This document shows positions 24,947 to 37,435 of a stretch of 64,000 nt of DNA, in pieces. Origin of the DNA: Podarcis pityusensis. Its lineage: Eukaryota. How positions within the stretch are numbered: position 1 is the first letter of the stretch; every line of letters starts with the position of its first letter. The stretch is taken from NCBI GenBank assembly GCA_964106645.2, contig OZ067047.1; one strand, given 5' to 3'. The notes beneath the pieces were generated by a model. It was not told the origin of the DNA. It did no database searches and saw only the letters and a list, made by a program, of their open reading frames with translations. The position numbers were made by a program, and so were the translations under genes.

Positions 24947-26519
24947 CTCATGCTTCTATGGAGTCCCTCCCAACCACTGAAGCAACTTTTCAGGAGGCAA
25001 AGGAATCCATGAAGATCACACCCTTTCTTCCAGTAGAAGCAAAGCTCTGCTGAGCTTAACTCTAGATCCACCCCACTGCATGGAGAAACTTGTCCCTAGA
25101 CAATTGCCACTGACTTTGTTCTGTTCTGGTCACTCTATCTGTATCCTTGTACCTTCTTTGTCCATTTCACAATTTCAGTGCTGCGGTTTCCCAGTGACCT
25201 ATCTGTTCAATAATATTTTCCCCTTTTACTTGCCCATTCCACAAATCCCACAGATTTGAAAGAAATATACCATTGTAGTCTTTTTAAAAGTTTTTGCAAC
25301 TTGTCAATGCTCACAGGCTGTTTTTAAGAGAGAGAGAAATCCAACGGCTGATTCATGCATTGCTTTTTATGTAGCAAAGTCATCACAAGAGAATTTTAAA
25401 TGTTCTGTTCATGAAGAGAATATTTCTTGTGAATGTGGTCTTACAAGATGACAGCTAGTATTTATCATGTATGAGTAAAAGCCTGAGAACTAACACGTTG
25501 CTAAATATGGCAAATACTAGGTGTCACTACAGGGAGAACACTGACAAGAAATATTCACCATATGAAACATGGGAGGTAAAAGTCATATTGTGATGACTTT
25601 ATCACATTAAATCTTCATATGTGAAAAGGATGGAAAACAAACACCTACAGGGCAGCCCAGTTATCCTCAAAAAAACGCTTGTGTAAATGCAGAGCAAAGT
25701 AACTGTGAATAAATAGGGGGGGTGAACAGGAGTGGATAAACGACAAACACCCTGCAATTTAGTTGAATTAAACATTGCAAGATAGGTAGCCAGAAAACCC
25801 AGACAAAGGCAATGCTCAATAATAAACCACAGGATAACTCAAAAAGAAATAGAGAAGATCAATACCATGAACTTGTCAGCAGATATTTCAGAATTCAAGA
25901 AAAACAATGTTTACTCTATTTTGTGGTGAAACAGATTTGACTGACAAAAATATGCAATTATTTATTATATCCCTAAAGGCTGTTTGATATTTAAACTAAG
26001 GGCTTAATACTATATTAGTTTCATTTCTGCAAGATTAGACCCATGATAGTTTTGAATGTTTTTTGCACAGTTGGATCTAAGTCAAAGAAAACAATCTTCA
26101 CACAGTATATGTTCAGCTTTAAACAGTATAAACAAACTTGCCATAATACAGAATAATGCATGCAAGCTGTCTCTGAAGCAAGCAGACATCAGAACAAGAT
26201 GAGTGAGTTAAATTGCTGGAGTCAGAATAATCCAGACAGCCCCACTAATAAAGGTGCCTTGTGGATGTCAGCTGTTATTCACACATTATCAAAAAGTAAC
26301 TCATGTTGAGCACAATTTACCAAAACTTTCTACTGAGTAAGGACAACTGAAATGAAAAGGAAAACATGTAGACTTGTACAAAAACCATTCATTGCATGGG
26401 AATTTGTGCACGAGAAGTGTATGGGTCAAAAGAGAGGACATGGCAAGTGTGACCATATCAATACCATCAAAATGTTACCTTTTGGTTACTAGGCTCCCTA
26501 GTTTGGGACTTGCATAAGC

Positions 26520-27180
26520 AAGTCTAAGATGGGGGACACCTGGATTGCCTGTAGTGCATACATGTGAAAAGAATCTAGGGTCTTAGTAGACCACAAGCTT
26601 ATCAAGAGTCAACAGTGTGATACGGCAGCAAAGAAATTCTAGGCTGCATAAACAGAAGTATGGTGTTCACATCAATTGAAGTAAGAGTGCCACTCTATTC
26701 TATCCTGGTTATACAACGTGGGGAGAAACTGTGTCTCCAGTTCTGGGCACCACAGTTTAAGAAAAATACTGAAAAGCTGAAAAATGTGCAGAGGAGGGTG
26801 GCCAAGGTTATAATGATGAAGTTGGATATGTTTAGTGTGGAGAACAGACTGGTTGCTGATACAATAGCCATCTTCAAATATTTGAAGATGGAGCAAGCTA
26901 GTTATCTGGTCTCCAGAGTATGGGACCCAAACCAGTGGATTCAAATTACAAGAAAGGAGATTCTGACTAAACATGAGGAAGAACTTTCTGGCCGTAATAC
27001 CAGTAACTGTTTGACAGTGGAATTAACTAGTTTGGAAGGCAGTAGACTCTCTTCCACTGCAGGTATTTAAGCAGAGGTTTGATGACCATCTGTCAGGGAT
27101 CCTTTGGCTGTAATTCCTGAATTACATTGCAGGGGGTTAAATGATCCTTGAGGTGCCTTCTAAATCTACAATTCTATGAT
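26520..27180 (+). mobile_element. CR1 LINE 3' fragment
   Basis: ORF 26660-27070 has QFWAPQFKK…KLKNVQRRVAKVI; ends with the CR1 3' motif gatccttgaggtgccttc…attctatgat. Confidence 0.88.
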
Positions 27181-28164
27181 GCTTTGTAACAACAATGTAT
27201 TAAGTATATTATAGGGATACAAAATGTCAATGATAAATCAGCTGTTTGCTAAGAGACACTTGCAATGTTTTCAGAAAAATGGCCATGGTTACTTTGGTCG
27301 AATCCTTCTGAAGTCAGATAAAACCTAAGTTAAAAGAAACAACCATACAAATGGACATCAATTTCAGGAATTCTCATATTTTCCCATTTTTAAGCTATAT
27401 ATTCAAGAGAACCTTGCAAAGTGGTCATACCCAGAGGGATGGTATTGAAAGATTAAGGTTTTCAAAGATGAAATCAGCCATCTGAAAGATAACAAAACAA
27501 AGCCTTATCAAGGGGAAATCCATTATTCCTGGATATGCCCCTTGTATTGCAACATCAAAGAAAAAATGGGGGAGCAAACTGGTAAAACCTTTGAAACGAA
27601 GATTATATAGATATGATAAAGCAATATGGCTGCTCTCAAATAAATCTTGTCAATGCTACACTAACGAGGAGATTTTGCAGTACGAGTACAGATAATAAAG
27701 TACCTCATTAACAAGTTTTAATTAGTTTTTAAATTGGAATTATTGTGAATTACATGTATATATTTTTGTCATAATCTTCCGTTTTTGCAATTTCCATCAA
27801 CATTTAGTTTAACTACTAAATATGAGGAAAGCAGAGAAAATCATTCATCACAAAAGGACACATTATCATTTAAAGTTCAGTAATGTGCTTCTCTAACTTA
27901 CTTCAAACTTCATTTTTTGAAAAGAACAAATGAATGTATAATCATAGGATGCATACAATACTTTCACAAATTATATCACTAGTCAGCAGGGATCACAATG
28001 TGGGTAGGGTAGGGAGGAGATGCTAGTCTGTTTAAAAAGAGGCTGTGATTCTGAATATGTATAACACTGATAACTTATCACTCAGTTTCAAACCGTTTTA
28101 AAGGTACAGTGTTCTGTGGCTTTTCTTTTCATTTTGGCTGTTAAAGTAAGTTCAACTTCAAAAT

Positions 28165-28166
28165 AA

Positions 28167-28207
<41 letters not shown>

Positions 28208-28705
28208 CCCCGCCCATCTGGCTGGGTTTCCCCAGCCACTCTGGGCGGCTTCCAGCAAAATATTAAAATACAATAATTCATCAAATATTAAATGCTTCCC
28301 TAAACAGGGCTGCCTTCAGATGTCTTCTAAAAGTCAGATAGTTGTTTATTTCTTTGACATCTGATGGGAGGGCATTCCACAGGGTGGGTGCCACTACTGA
28401 GAAGGCCCTCTGCCTGGTTCCCTGTAACTTCACTTCTCGCAGTGAGGGAACCATCAGAAGGCCCTCAGCGCTGGACCTCAGTGTCTAGGTTGAACGATGA
28501 GGGTGGAGATGCTCCTTCAGGTATACTGGACCGAGACCATTTAGGGCTTTAAAGGTCAGCACCAACACTTTGAATTGTGCCCAGAAACATACTGGGAGCC
28601 AATGTAGGTCTTTCGGGGCCAGTGTTATGTGGTCTCGGCGGCCACCCCCAGTCACCAATCTAGCTGTCGCATTCTGGATTAGTTGTAGCCCCATGTAGAA
28701 CGCAC
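28165..28705 (-). mobile_element. L2 LINE 3' fragment with (TAA)n tail
   Basis: ORF 28485-28748 has LQLIQNATARLVTG…DLHWLPV…FKVLVLTFKALNGLGP; microsatellite tail at 28167-28204. Confidence 0.92.
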
Positions 28706-31037
28706 TGTCCTCTGCCAAGTGTCTTGCCCATATATCCTTGCCTGGCAACAGTGCTCCTCAAATGAGGCATTGCAGAGAACCACATGCCCCAGAAGGTGGC
28801 TTAACTTGTACTGGAAACCAGGCCTTTAAGTGTTGCAGCTCCAGACTTCTGGAATCAAATTACTAGCTGAAATTATGATATGCATCTAACATGATGACGT
28901 TTAGGCACCTACTGAAAGCACTGTTGTTTAAGAAGGGTTTCCCTGAGGTGTGACCCAATCATTTGTGGAACTGAAATTGTACTTTGGAGACATGGTTTTA
29001 AGAGTTTATGGTTTTACAGGTGGTTTTATTCAAGGCTATTTTTCTATTATTTTAAAAAAGAGGAACCAGAACTCATCATGAACACCTCCCTCATTCTCTT
29101 AAAATGGCAATGGTGCCCACCTAAGAGGTGCCAGGGAACCCCGGAGAGTTCAACTGAACCCCCCCCCTCTGGTTTTATTGTTTCTTAAAACTTGAGGGGG
29201 GGGAACTAATTCAGCTTTTGCACAGAGTAGAACCACTGAAATGAATTGATCTAGCTTAGTCATGTTCATTCGTTTCAATGGGCATACTCTGAGTAAAATT
29301 TAGTTGACTACTACACTTTGTTACTTTATCTTTTTTTTTTTATCTTGCACACCACTTCAATGGCCTGAAGCTGTGAAACGTTTTATACATTTTCAAAATA
29401 AATATAAAGTCAACAACTTTTATGGCCCTCACCCCTGGTGTCCTAAAATCAGCAAAATAAGTTAAGAGTTTTCTCCCATTAGAGAAGATATGTGAGGCAA
29501 GCACCACAATCACCTGCTGGTTACCCCAGTACTTTAAAATTGTCTACTCAAGAAGCCCATGAAATCCAGCTCTTTTTTTATCTTTAAGGAGAGATGGTGA
29601 AAGGCAGTTTATTTCAGAGAGAAACCTTTAGTGATATGTTTGAGTCTAATGCTTTTATGATTTTATGCAACTCATTATATCTTGTCTGTTCCCCACCCCC
29701 CTGCAGGCTACTATAGTCTATGTGGAATTTTGTATATTTTTATAGCGTATGCTACATTATGCTTTTAAGAATGGAAATGAAAGATAGTTTTCTAGACTAG
29801 GGGGATGAAAATTCAATGAAATACTTTATATTTACACTGTATGAAGTTGCCATTTTGCAGGTGGTCAAACACCAAATAAATGTTTATGCAGAAAGATACA
29901 TGCAGCCCTTTGACAATTGCCAGTTTAAATGTGCATTATATTCTTGGACTATTTTCCCTGTTGCAGCTTCCCACACTCTGGTTGGTTTTCAATTAGAACT
30001 GGTCTACTGCCATGATGTCATACAGAGCTATATGCTGTCTTCTCATGAACAGCAGAAGATGGTGACAGAACAGAGCACTGCATCATTATTGGCTATCAAA
30101 AAAAAGGTATTTCCAATAAGCAACAAGAATCCCACATGAAGCAGCCATCCCATTGCTGTAGTGATGTGGGAACCACACAAGAAAACCTTGAAAGAAACAG
30201 GTTACTGAAAAAGGAACTATGAAACATTTCATTGACAGTGATTTTGATCAAAGCCTTCTGAGGTATACACGTAAGATGAACATACCAGCATGGTTCTTTG
30301 ACTATTTGTGTTTGGATTTTTTTCAGGATCCTAACTCTTACTACAAATGTCATTCATAGTCAATTACTATGGATCAAACACACAGAGGAAACTCCTTCCT
30401 GTGGCTTTTTTTATGCTGAAAGGAGCCTATGGTCTCAAAACCCCTCTAGAACCTCGGAGTCCATGTACATTTAAACCAATTAGAGGTTTTTAGATTCATT
30501 GAGAATACCTTGTCTCTAGTTCTGCTGCACCGTATCCAGCTCTTGAGAGCAGCATGAAGGAAAGCATAATCTTCTAGACAAAAGTGTGCAGGGGGGGAAT
30601 GCTATATGCTCTCCCCAGAATCAATCAAGCTACACTGATTGTACCAGAGAGGATCTGGACTGAATTTAAAAGGTTCAAGCCTCATGTTTCTCTTCAATGA
30701 CCTTGCTGTGAACTTGTTTTGATGACAATATAGCAGACCACAGAATGGTTAAAAGTTCTAGATGGGTACTGCTAAACTCTCTTGCTAGTTAAATGCTTTA
30801 AACTTTTAAGCAAGCTAGCCTTAAGTGCATTGTTTGCGAGACTGCCATCAAGCTGGCCTTCTGTGTATTTTCTGTGTAATTTCCTTGAGATAAGCATAAT
30901 TCATTTAATTGTCCCTACAATTTCTCTTCTGATAAATAATGGATGTGATGTTGAAAATGCAGCATTTCTTAATCCTTCCTGTTGGCACATTCAGTTGTCT
31001 GTATTGATGGTTTTATAAACCAGTCTTCCAACCCAAC

Positions 31038-31040
<3 letters not shown>

Positions 31041-31095
<55 letters not shown>

Positions 31096-31096
31096 T
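31041..31096. repeat. Compound (CT)n(CA)n microsatellite
   Basis: Seen directly. Confidence 0.95.
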
Positions 31097-31293
31097 TTAT
31101 TTACAAGTTAGAGACTCATCTGCACACTAACCTTGAATTAGCTTTTCATTTTTAAAGAGAGCAGTATTGTATTGCTCACCACTCCAACATACAAACTCTT
31201 ACTGATCTGACAACCTCATTTAAGATGCAATGCTTGGTTTACAAGAGTAACCTGGGAATTGATAGGCTGAGGATATAAGAATATGGTTGTTAG

Positions 31294-31539
31294 TGTTATG
31301 TTCTGAAGTTCTCACCCTGGGCCAGCAGGGGGATACTGTAGATAGTTATGCAAATGAAGGATCGAAAGTGACATTCAGTGATTGGCTATTTACAGAAAAT
31401 GGTTACTGTTGTATTCTAGTGGAGCTCTATATAAGCAGGCTGACTGAGCTCCTCAGTTCAGTTCTGTTCCAGCTTACAAATAAAGAGCTGCTTTGGAAGA
31501 ATCGCTGTGTCGTCTGATATGTTCGCCCACAACTTAACA
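31294..31539 (+). mobile_element. Solo LTR, 246 bp
   Basis: TGTTA…TAACA termini; 5-bp TSD gttag (31289-31293, 31540-31544); TATATAA at 31428 and AATAAA at 31479. Confidence 0.9.
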
Positions 31540-32890
31540 GTTAGCATCCATCTGTCTCATGAGAGCAGAGAGGAGGGCACCTTTGGGGATGATGTCAAAC
31601 CCTTAGAGAATTACAGCACCTGCTGTGGCTGTAGAGATTGCTGCAGAAGAGACATGTTTTGTTGCAGCTAGGGCAGAGGAAGGCACCTGGTTGTGCTGTT
31701 GGAAGTGCACCATGGCGTTTATTCTCTCTGCTCTCATCCAAGTGTTCATTCCTCCTGCGGTCACTGCTGTGGATACACAACCTGACTGTCTGTCTCCAGG
31801 CACTTGTCCAACTCAGTGTCAATGGAGAGGCTGCTGGTTATGGTGGAATCCAGGTAGACAAAATTGTCTACCACCTCAAGCATGTAGTCTACAATGCTGA
31901 TGTGTGGAGTGCTGGTGACATCCTGACCCAGGATTTTGGACTTCATCAGGCTGATGGTAAGGCTGAACTCCCTGCAGGCTTGGGCAAAATGGTAGATGAG
32001 TCTCTGTAAAGATTCCTCAGAGTGTGATGTCAAGGCTGCATCATCTGCAAACAACCTCTCTTCAATAAGGACCCATCAAATTTTTGTCTTGGCATGTGGA
32101 CATGCCCCATTGCTCCTTGGCTGAAAGCTGAAAGCATAGGAGAATAACAGGGAGAAGAACATGCCAAAGAGAGTTGGGGCAAGAACACAGCCCTGTTTCA
32201 CACCGCTCTTTATATGGAACGCGTCCGAGGATGAGCCATCATATTGGACGGTGCCACCATGTTCTTGTGGAAGTACATGATTATCTTGTGAAGTTTAGGT
32301 AGGCATTCTATCTTGTTGAACAGTATGAAGAGTTCTTTTTGGCTGACCAGTTCAAAGGTCTTCATCAGATCTATGAAGGCAATGTACAAGGAGTGTATCT
32401 GCTCTTGGCATTTCTCCTGCAGCTGAAGGACTGAGAAAATCATTTCAACTCTTGACCACTGTGCTCTAAAACTGCACTGTGACTCAGGATAGACCCTGTC
32501 AGCAAGTGACTGTAATCTGTTGAGAACTACATGGGGAAAGGCTTTCCCCACAGAACTCAGCAGGGAGATTCCACAGTAGTTGTTGCAGTCATGGCAGTTA
32601 CCTTTGTTCTGGTAGAAGGCGACAATGCTGGAGTTATGCGTGTCTTGTGGTATGGATCCTTGTTCCCAACACTACAAGAGGAGGCCATGGAGGTGCGTTG
32701 TGAAGGAGGAATTGAAGCTGGCTTTTAGCACTTTTGTTGAGATTCCATCCCATCCAGGGGCTTTACCACATGCCTGAGAGCTGATGACATTCTTCAGCTT
32801 ATCAAGAGAAGGAGGACACCCAGCTCTACCAAGACAGGCAGAGTCTAGACACTGTCAATTGCTGTGTCAGAGACCATGCTTTCCTGCAAG
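31540..32890 (-). mobile_element. RTE-clade LINE 3' portion (degenerate RT pseudogene)
   Basis: ORF fragments …ADRVYPESQCSFR…LYIAFIDLMKTF (32210-32551) and FADDAAL…LTISL (31761-32054); C-terminal C2H2-like CPSCNKT…H (31595-31822). Confidence 0.93.
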
Positions 32891-34971
32891 TACACTTGAG
32901 AAGGTCCCAAGTCATACCCCAGCATATCTAGGTAGGGATCGGAGAGACCCCATCTGAAATATTTTGGAGAGCAGCTGTGAGTGTAGGCAAAAAATTTAAG
33001 TTAATTCACTAAATTTATTTCTGTTGTCTGTGAACTTCCATTGCCTTTTAGCCTACTTTATTTTAACAATGACTATGACAGTTTTGAATTTGTTACATAT
33101 TTCAATTCATGTATATTGTTCATATGTAATTTATATATATGATGAACACATGGCACCAGGGCAAAAAGTGACAGACATACTGCCTGAGCTCTGTTGAAAA
33201 TTTGTGAAATTTTGTTTGTATTATATTAAGCATACATTATCAGTCACATATACAGTTTTATTTTTATTTTATTTTTATTTTTAAAAACTGCTTCAATATT
33301 TACCCCGAACTACAACAGTTGTACTGGACCAAAAAAAGCCAAACAGAACACAACACACTTAGGTCACTAATAGTTTTAAATGATAGAAATAAGCAGAACA
33401 AAATGCTGCTTAAGTTTCCCTTTATACACATGCACACCACCCTAATCTCTCTCATTCTCTCTCTCACACACACACAATAAAACTGCCCCAGTAGTAGGTC
33501 TTGATTACTTAGGTAGAAGGTCTAATACTGCAAAATACCAAATACTTGCCACAAGGCACGACGTACACCTTCAAATGTTAATACTGAAAAGGCTCAGCAC
33601 TACAGCACGATCAGGCCCTCAATAATAAGTGAATCAGCCCTTGGGGGAAATACGTGCATGAGAAATTCTCCGCTCTGATTGTGAAAACAAAACAGGGTTA
33701 CCTCAGTGAGAACAGCAAGAATATTAATGGAACTAGAGGGGGCTGGTTTCTTGAGGCTAGAAGCAAGTCTGAGGGAAAAGACACACAATTTGGCCTGAAA
33801 AAGCAAAACCCATTAACCATGAAATAGGGAAACAACAAAAACAAAAGAAACCCACACTTTTCACATAAGCTACTACCCCAAAAAATCCATTCAATCAAAG
33901 GTGCGGCAGGGAACACCACAAAGTAAACAGATTTCATGACGGGGGGGGGGGTCCCTTAAACCCTGCAATTGGAAGTGATCAAAATTCTTTAAAACTACAC
34001 AATTGGATGAAGAACTTTATGATGGGAGCAAAGGTACCTTGTCCACATCCCCAGAAGCTTCTGCTTGCCTAAGGAAATCTCAGATGACTGGGAGAAAAAT
34101 CACTTCACCCTAAGAGAAAGGATTCCGGCCGATTTCTTGGCCCCCGGCCCAGTGGCTTGCATGTCAAAATGTAAGGAGAATTTTAAAAAGAAACTTTACA
34201 AAGGCAAATTAAAGCTCTAAAGATTATAAATAAGAAGGGGAAATGGAAGTACTGAATCAATTAGAGTACTATTCATATCTCAGGACTCCCTTCTGAAAAA
34301 GATCAAGGCCTCAGCTAGAGATCAAAGTGATTAGCTGACTAACCAGCAGCCAACAGAGATGCAGATAAGAAGTGGCAGATTACACACACATCCAAACTGG
34401 CAAAACAGAAGCGTTCCGTGGCTCAAAAGGGGGGAAAGCTGCACAATCCAAGTTCCAGTATATACATACACTGACAAGTATTATGAGCAAGGCTTTAAAA
34501 CGTATGGACCGTAATCAGCAGAGCACATAGCCACATAAGCAATTGTGAATGGTTCCAGCCGAAATTGAAAAATGTTGTATGCTTCCTGTTTAACTCAAGG
34601 GCTATTAATCAGGCAACTTACCATATAGGAAATACTTCATGTTTATGACTGTGAAAATCACCTGCAGCACATTTTATCATTCAAACTACACTTCCAATAG
34701 GAAAACCTTCAATACCTGAGATATATGGGGGGGGGGGGAGTTCTTCATTATATGCTTAACAGATTTATATTCACTTTTAATTCTTTTTCATGCAATGTAT
34801 TTTCTATTATAATCAATGAGATTATAATATTGGGCCAAAAGCCCAATTACTCCAGCACCCCATTTTCCGTACGGACCAATCAGATGCCTTCAGGAAGCCC
34901 ACAATTAGGACATGATTGCACTTGTTTTCTCCAGCAACGGATATTCAGAGGCACAGTTCCTTCAATACCGC

Positions 34972-35575
34972 TGGCATCCATCTGTCTTCTTGAGAGACAA
35001 TGGAGAGCACCTCTGGGGATGAAGTCAAACCGCTGCATTCGCAGCACTGAAGTGACTGCCCTGGGTCGTGAGCCTCGGCAGGGTGCATGGAGGTCCTGGG
35101 CTGTTGATATGACAAGATTAGCGTAGGGCAGGGGTAGGCAACCTAAGGCCCATGGGCCAGATGCTGCCCAATCACCTTCTCAATCCAGCCTGTGGACAGT
35201 CTGGGAAGCAGCGTGTTTTTACATGAGTAGAATGTGTCCTTTTATTAAAAATGCATCTCTGGGTTATTTGTGGGACATAGGAATTCGTTCTTTTTTTCCC
35301 CTCTCCAAAATATAGTCCGGCCCCCCACATGGTCTGAAGGATGGTGGACCGGCCCTCAGCTAAAAAATGTTACTGACCCCTGGTGTAGGGTTTACTCCTT
35401 AGCCCCAGAGAGGTCACTTTGATGTGGCTAATGCAGCGAAAACAACATGGAAGACAGCAATTATGAGTTACTGGTTTCTGCAGCAACAGCAGTTGCTGTT
35501 GCTATGATTCTCCAGTGGTTTGACTTCACCCCCAGAGGCACACCCCATTGTCTCTTGAGATAGACATGTGCCAAC
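34972..35575. mobile_element. RTE-derived composite with two RTE 3' tips in inverted orientation
   Basis: 34972-35031 and the reverse complement of 35517-35575 both match the RTE terminus at 31540-31602. Confidence 0.7.
35129..35382. mobile_element. hAT (Charlie-like) MITE, 254 bp
   Basis: caggggt…acccctg TIRs; 8-bp TSD gcgtaggg / gtgtaggg. Confidence 0.92.
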
Positions 35576-37241
35576 AAATGTCCCTCTTATTTGCCTTTGT
35601 CTAAACCAAATAAGCCTTAAAAGTTTGTACCCATTCCTTATTATGGGGAATTGCACCAACACCCCGATCATTTTGGTTATCCTTATCAGCACCTTTTCCA
35701 ACTCTACAGTACATTTTTTGAGGGGAAGAACTGTATATATTCCAAGTGCAGTTGTACAATAGATTTTTAGAAAGGCATTATGATCGCTTCCTTCTGACTA
35801 GCTATGATCATTCTTCTTCCTGCATTCTTGTGGACATAATGCTTTTGTTGTTTCAGCTGTATCCTTAACTATACATGTAAACATGGCCCAGGAGAAATGA
35901 GTCCCTGCATTACAAGCAGAAATGTAGAAAAGACAAGTTCACTGTTGGGCTAAAACCTTGGAGAATACATCCATATAGGACGAGTCACCCAATTTTCATG
36001 CAATTGTGCATCCCAGCCAGTAGCTTTTGCTTGCCCACACTAACTCTTGAACATTTTTTAAAGGCTTTTACACATGACAATTGTTGCTCTTAGGTCCACC
36101 CAAAGCATGGATGCTTGTTTCGGTTTCCTTCTCTAGACCACTCAGCATTTAACTTACTTACCATGACCATTTATTTATTTATTTACTACTTATCTTTCTG
36201 CTGTAATTATACCTCTGGGGGTAACAGGGGTACAGGACACAGAATAACCTGGGTAGTATTCAACCAAATTTTATTCAGAACAGACCTACTGAAATTAGTG
36301 TGTGTCTAATCTGTCTGCTCTGAGTAAAGCTTCATTGAATACTAATGTGTACTTTAAAAATAATATATTAGAAGCAGTTTCCTGTGAGATGGGAGGCAAG
36401 TCAATGGTTATGCAGTCCTAGTCTAGGAACATGGACAACACTGTTATAACCTTCAAAAAAGTGTGAAAGGGGGAAGAGAATGGCTGCTGATGCTGCAAAG
36501 GTTTTTAAGGTTCAATCCACATAACAGCTTTGCTGTAAGTTTCTTCATTGCCTACAATGAATGGGGAAGGTGGAAATCTTCTACAAATGGAAGTGTGAAG
36601 ACAGAGCTAACATTGCATATACACTGCAAGTTTGCAGGTGGGCCTGGTGCCTTTCCTGGAGGAAAAGGTTGACAAATGTCAAACATAGATTCATTTAGAC
36701 AGCATCTCAAAAACCTATGCCGCAGAAAACTTCATCAAGGAAGAAGAATCAAGAATATTTTGTGATTTCATGATGGCAAGGAATACATAAACTACGATTT
36801 AAAAAGCAGTCAGATTCCTATTTGCAGAATTTTCAAATGTTATGGTTGCATGCATTACTTTTTATGCAAGTGGCTAATACAAAGGACTTCACCTACCCCA
36901 AAACATCACTCCAGCTCCCAACACAATACAATATGCTGTTTTCCTTTGAAGAACAACATATCATGCCCACCTTAACAGACTTTTCCATTCCTAAACTGAT
37001 GGGGAAAGACTGAAGCTATTCCCCCGCTTAGTTTCACATTCTTCACTGTTTGGCAGGGCCTCTAACAGCTTCATTAGTCACTTTCTTAACACTTCCTTAT
37101 AATCTAGGAAAACACTGCGTCTCAGGAGGCACACCCAGGCTGCAGACTATTAGACTGAACTTTGAAAGAGGCAGTGAACAATCTGCAGCCATGCCTTGAG
37201 TCTTCGAGATTAATTCCAGGATACAACTTAAAAGAAAAATA

Positions 37242-37435
37242 CAGTGATACCTTGGTTTACAACCATAATCCGTTCCAGAGGTCCGGTTGTAAACCAAAAC
37301 AGATTATAACCCAAGGCACGCTTTCGCCAGTGGGGCCTCCAAAAAAAAAACTGGTTGTAATCCAAAAAAAGGGACACACGCTTCCGGGTTTGACGTGGCT
37401 GTAATCCAAAATGGCTGCAAACCAAGGTACCACTG
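37242..37435. mobile_element. Tc1/mariner MITE
   Basis: TA-cagtgataccttggttt…aaaccaaggtaccactg-TA. Confidence 0.9.

Larger units (their letters stand above)
34845..35785 (-). mobile_element. Old CR1 3' fragment interrupted by RTE-derived sequence and a hAT MITE
   Basis: ORF 35468-35701 begins EKVLIRITKMI (CR1 EKVQKRATKMI-like); 3' UTR-like part at 34845-34970 resembles 61990-62100. Confidence 0.6.
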
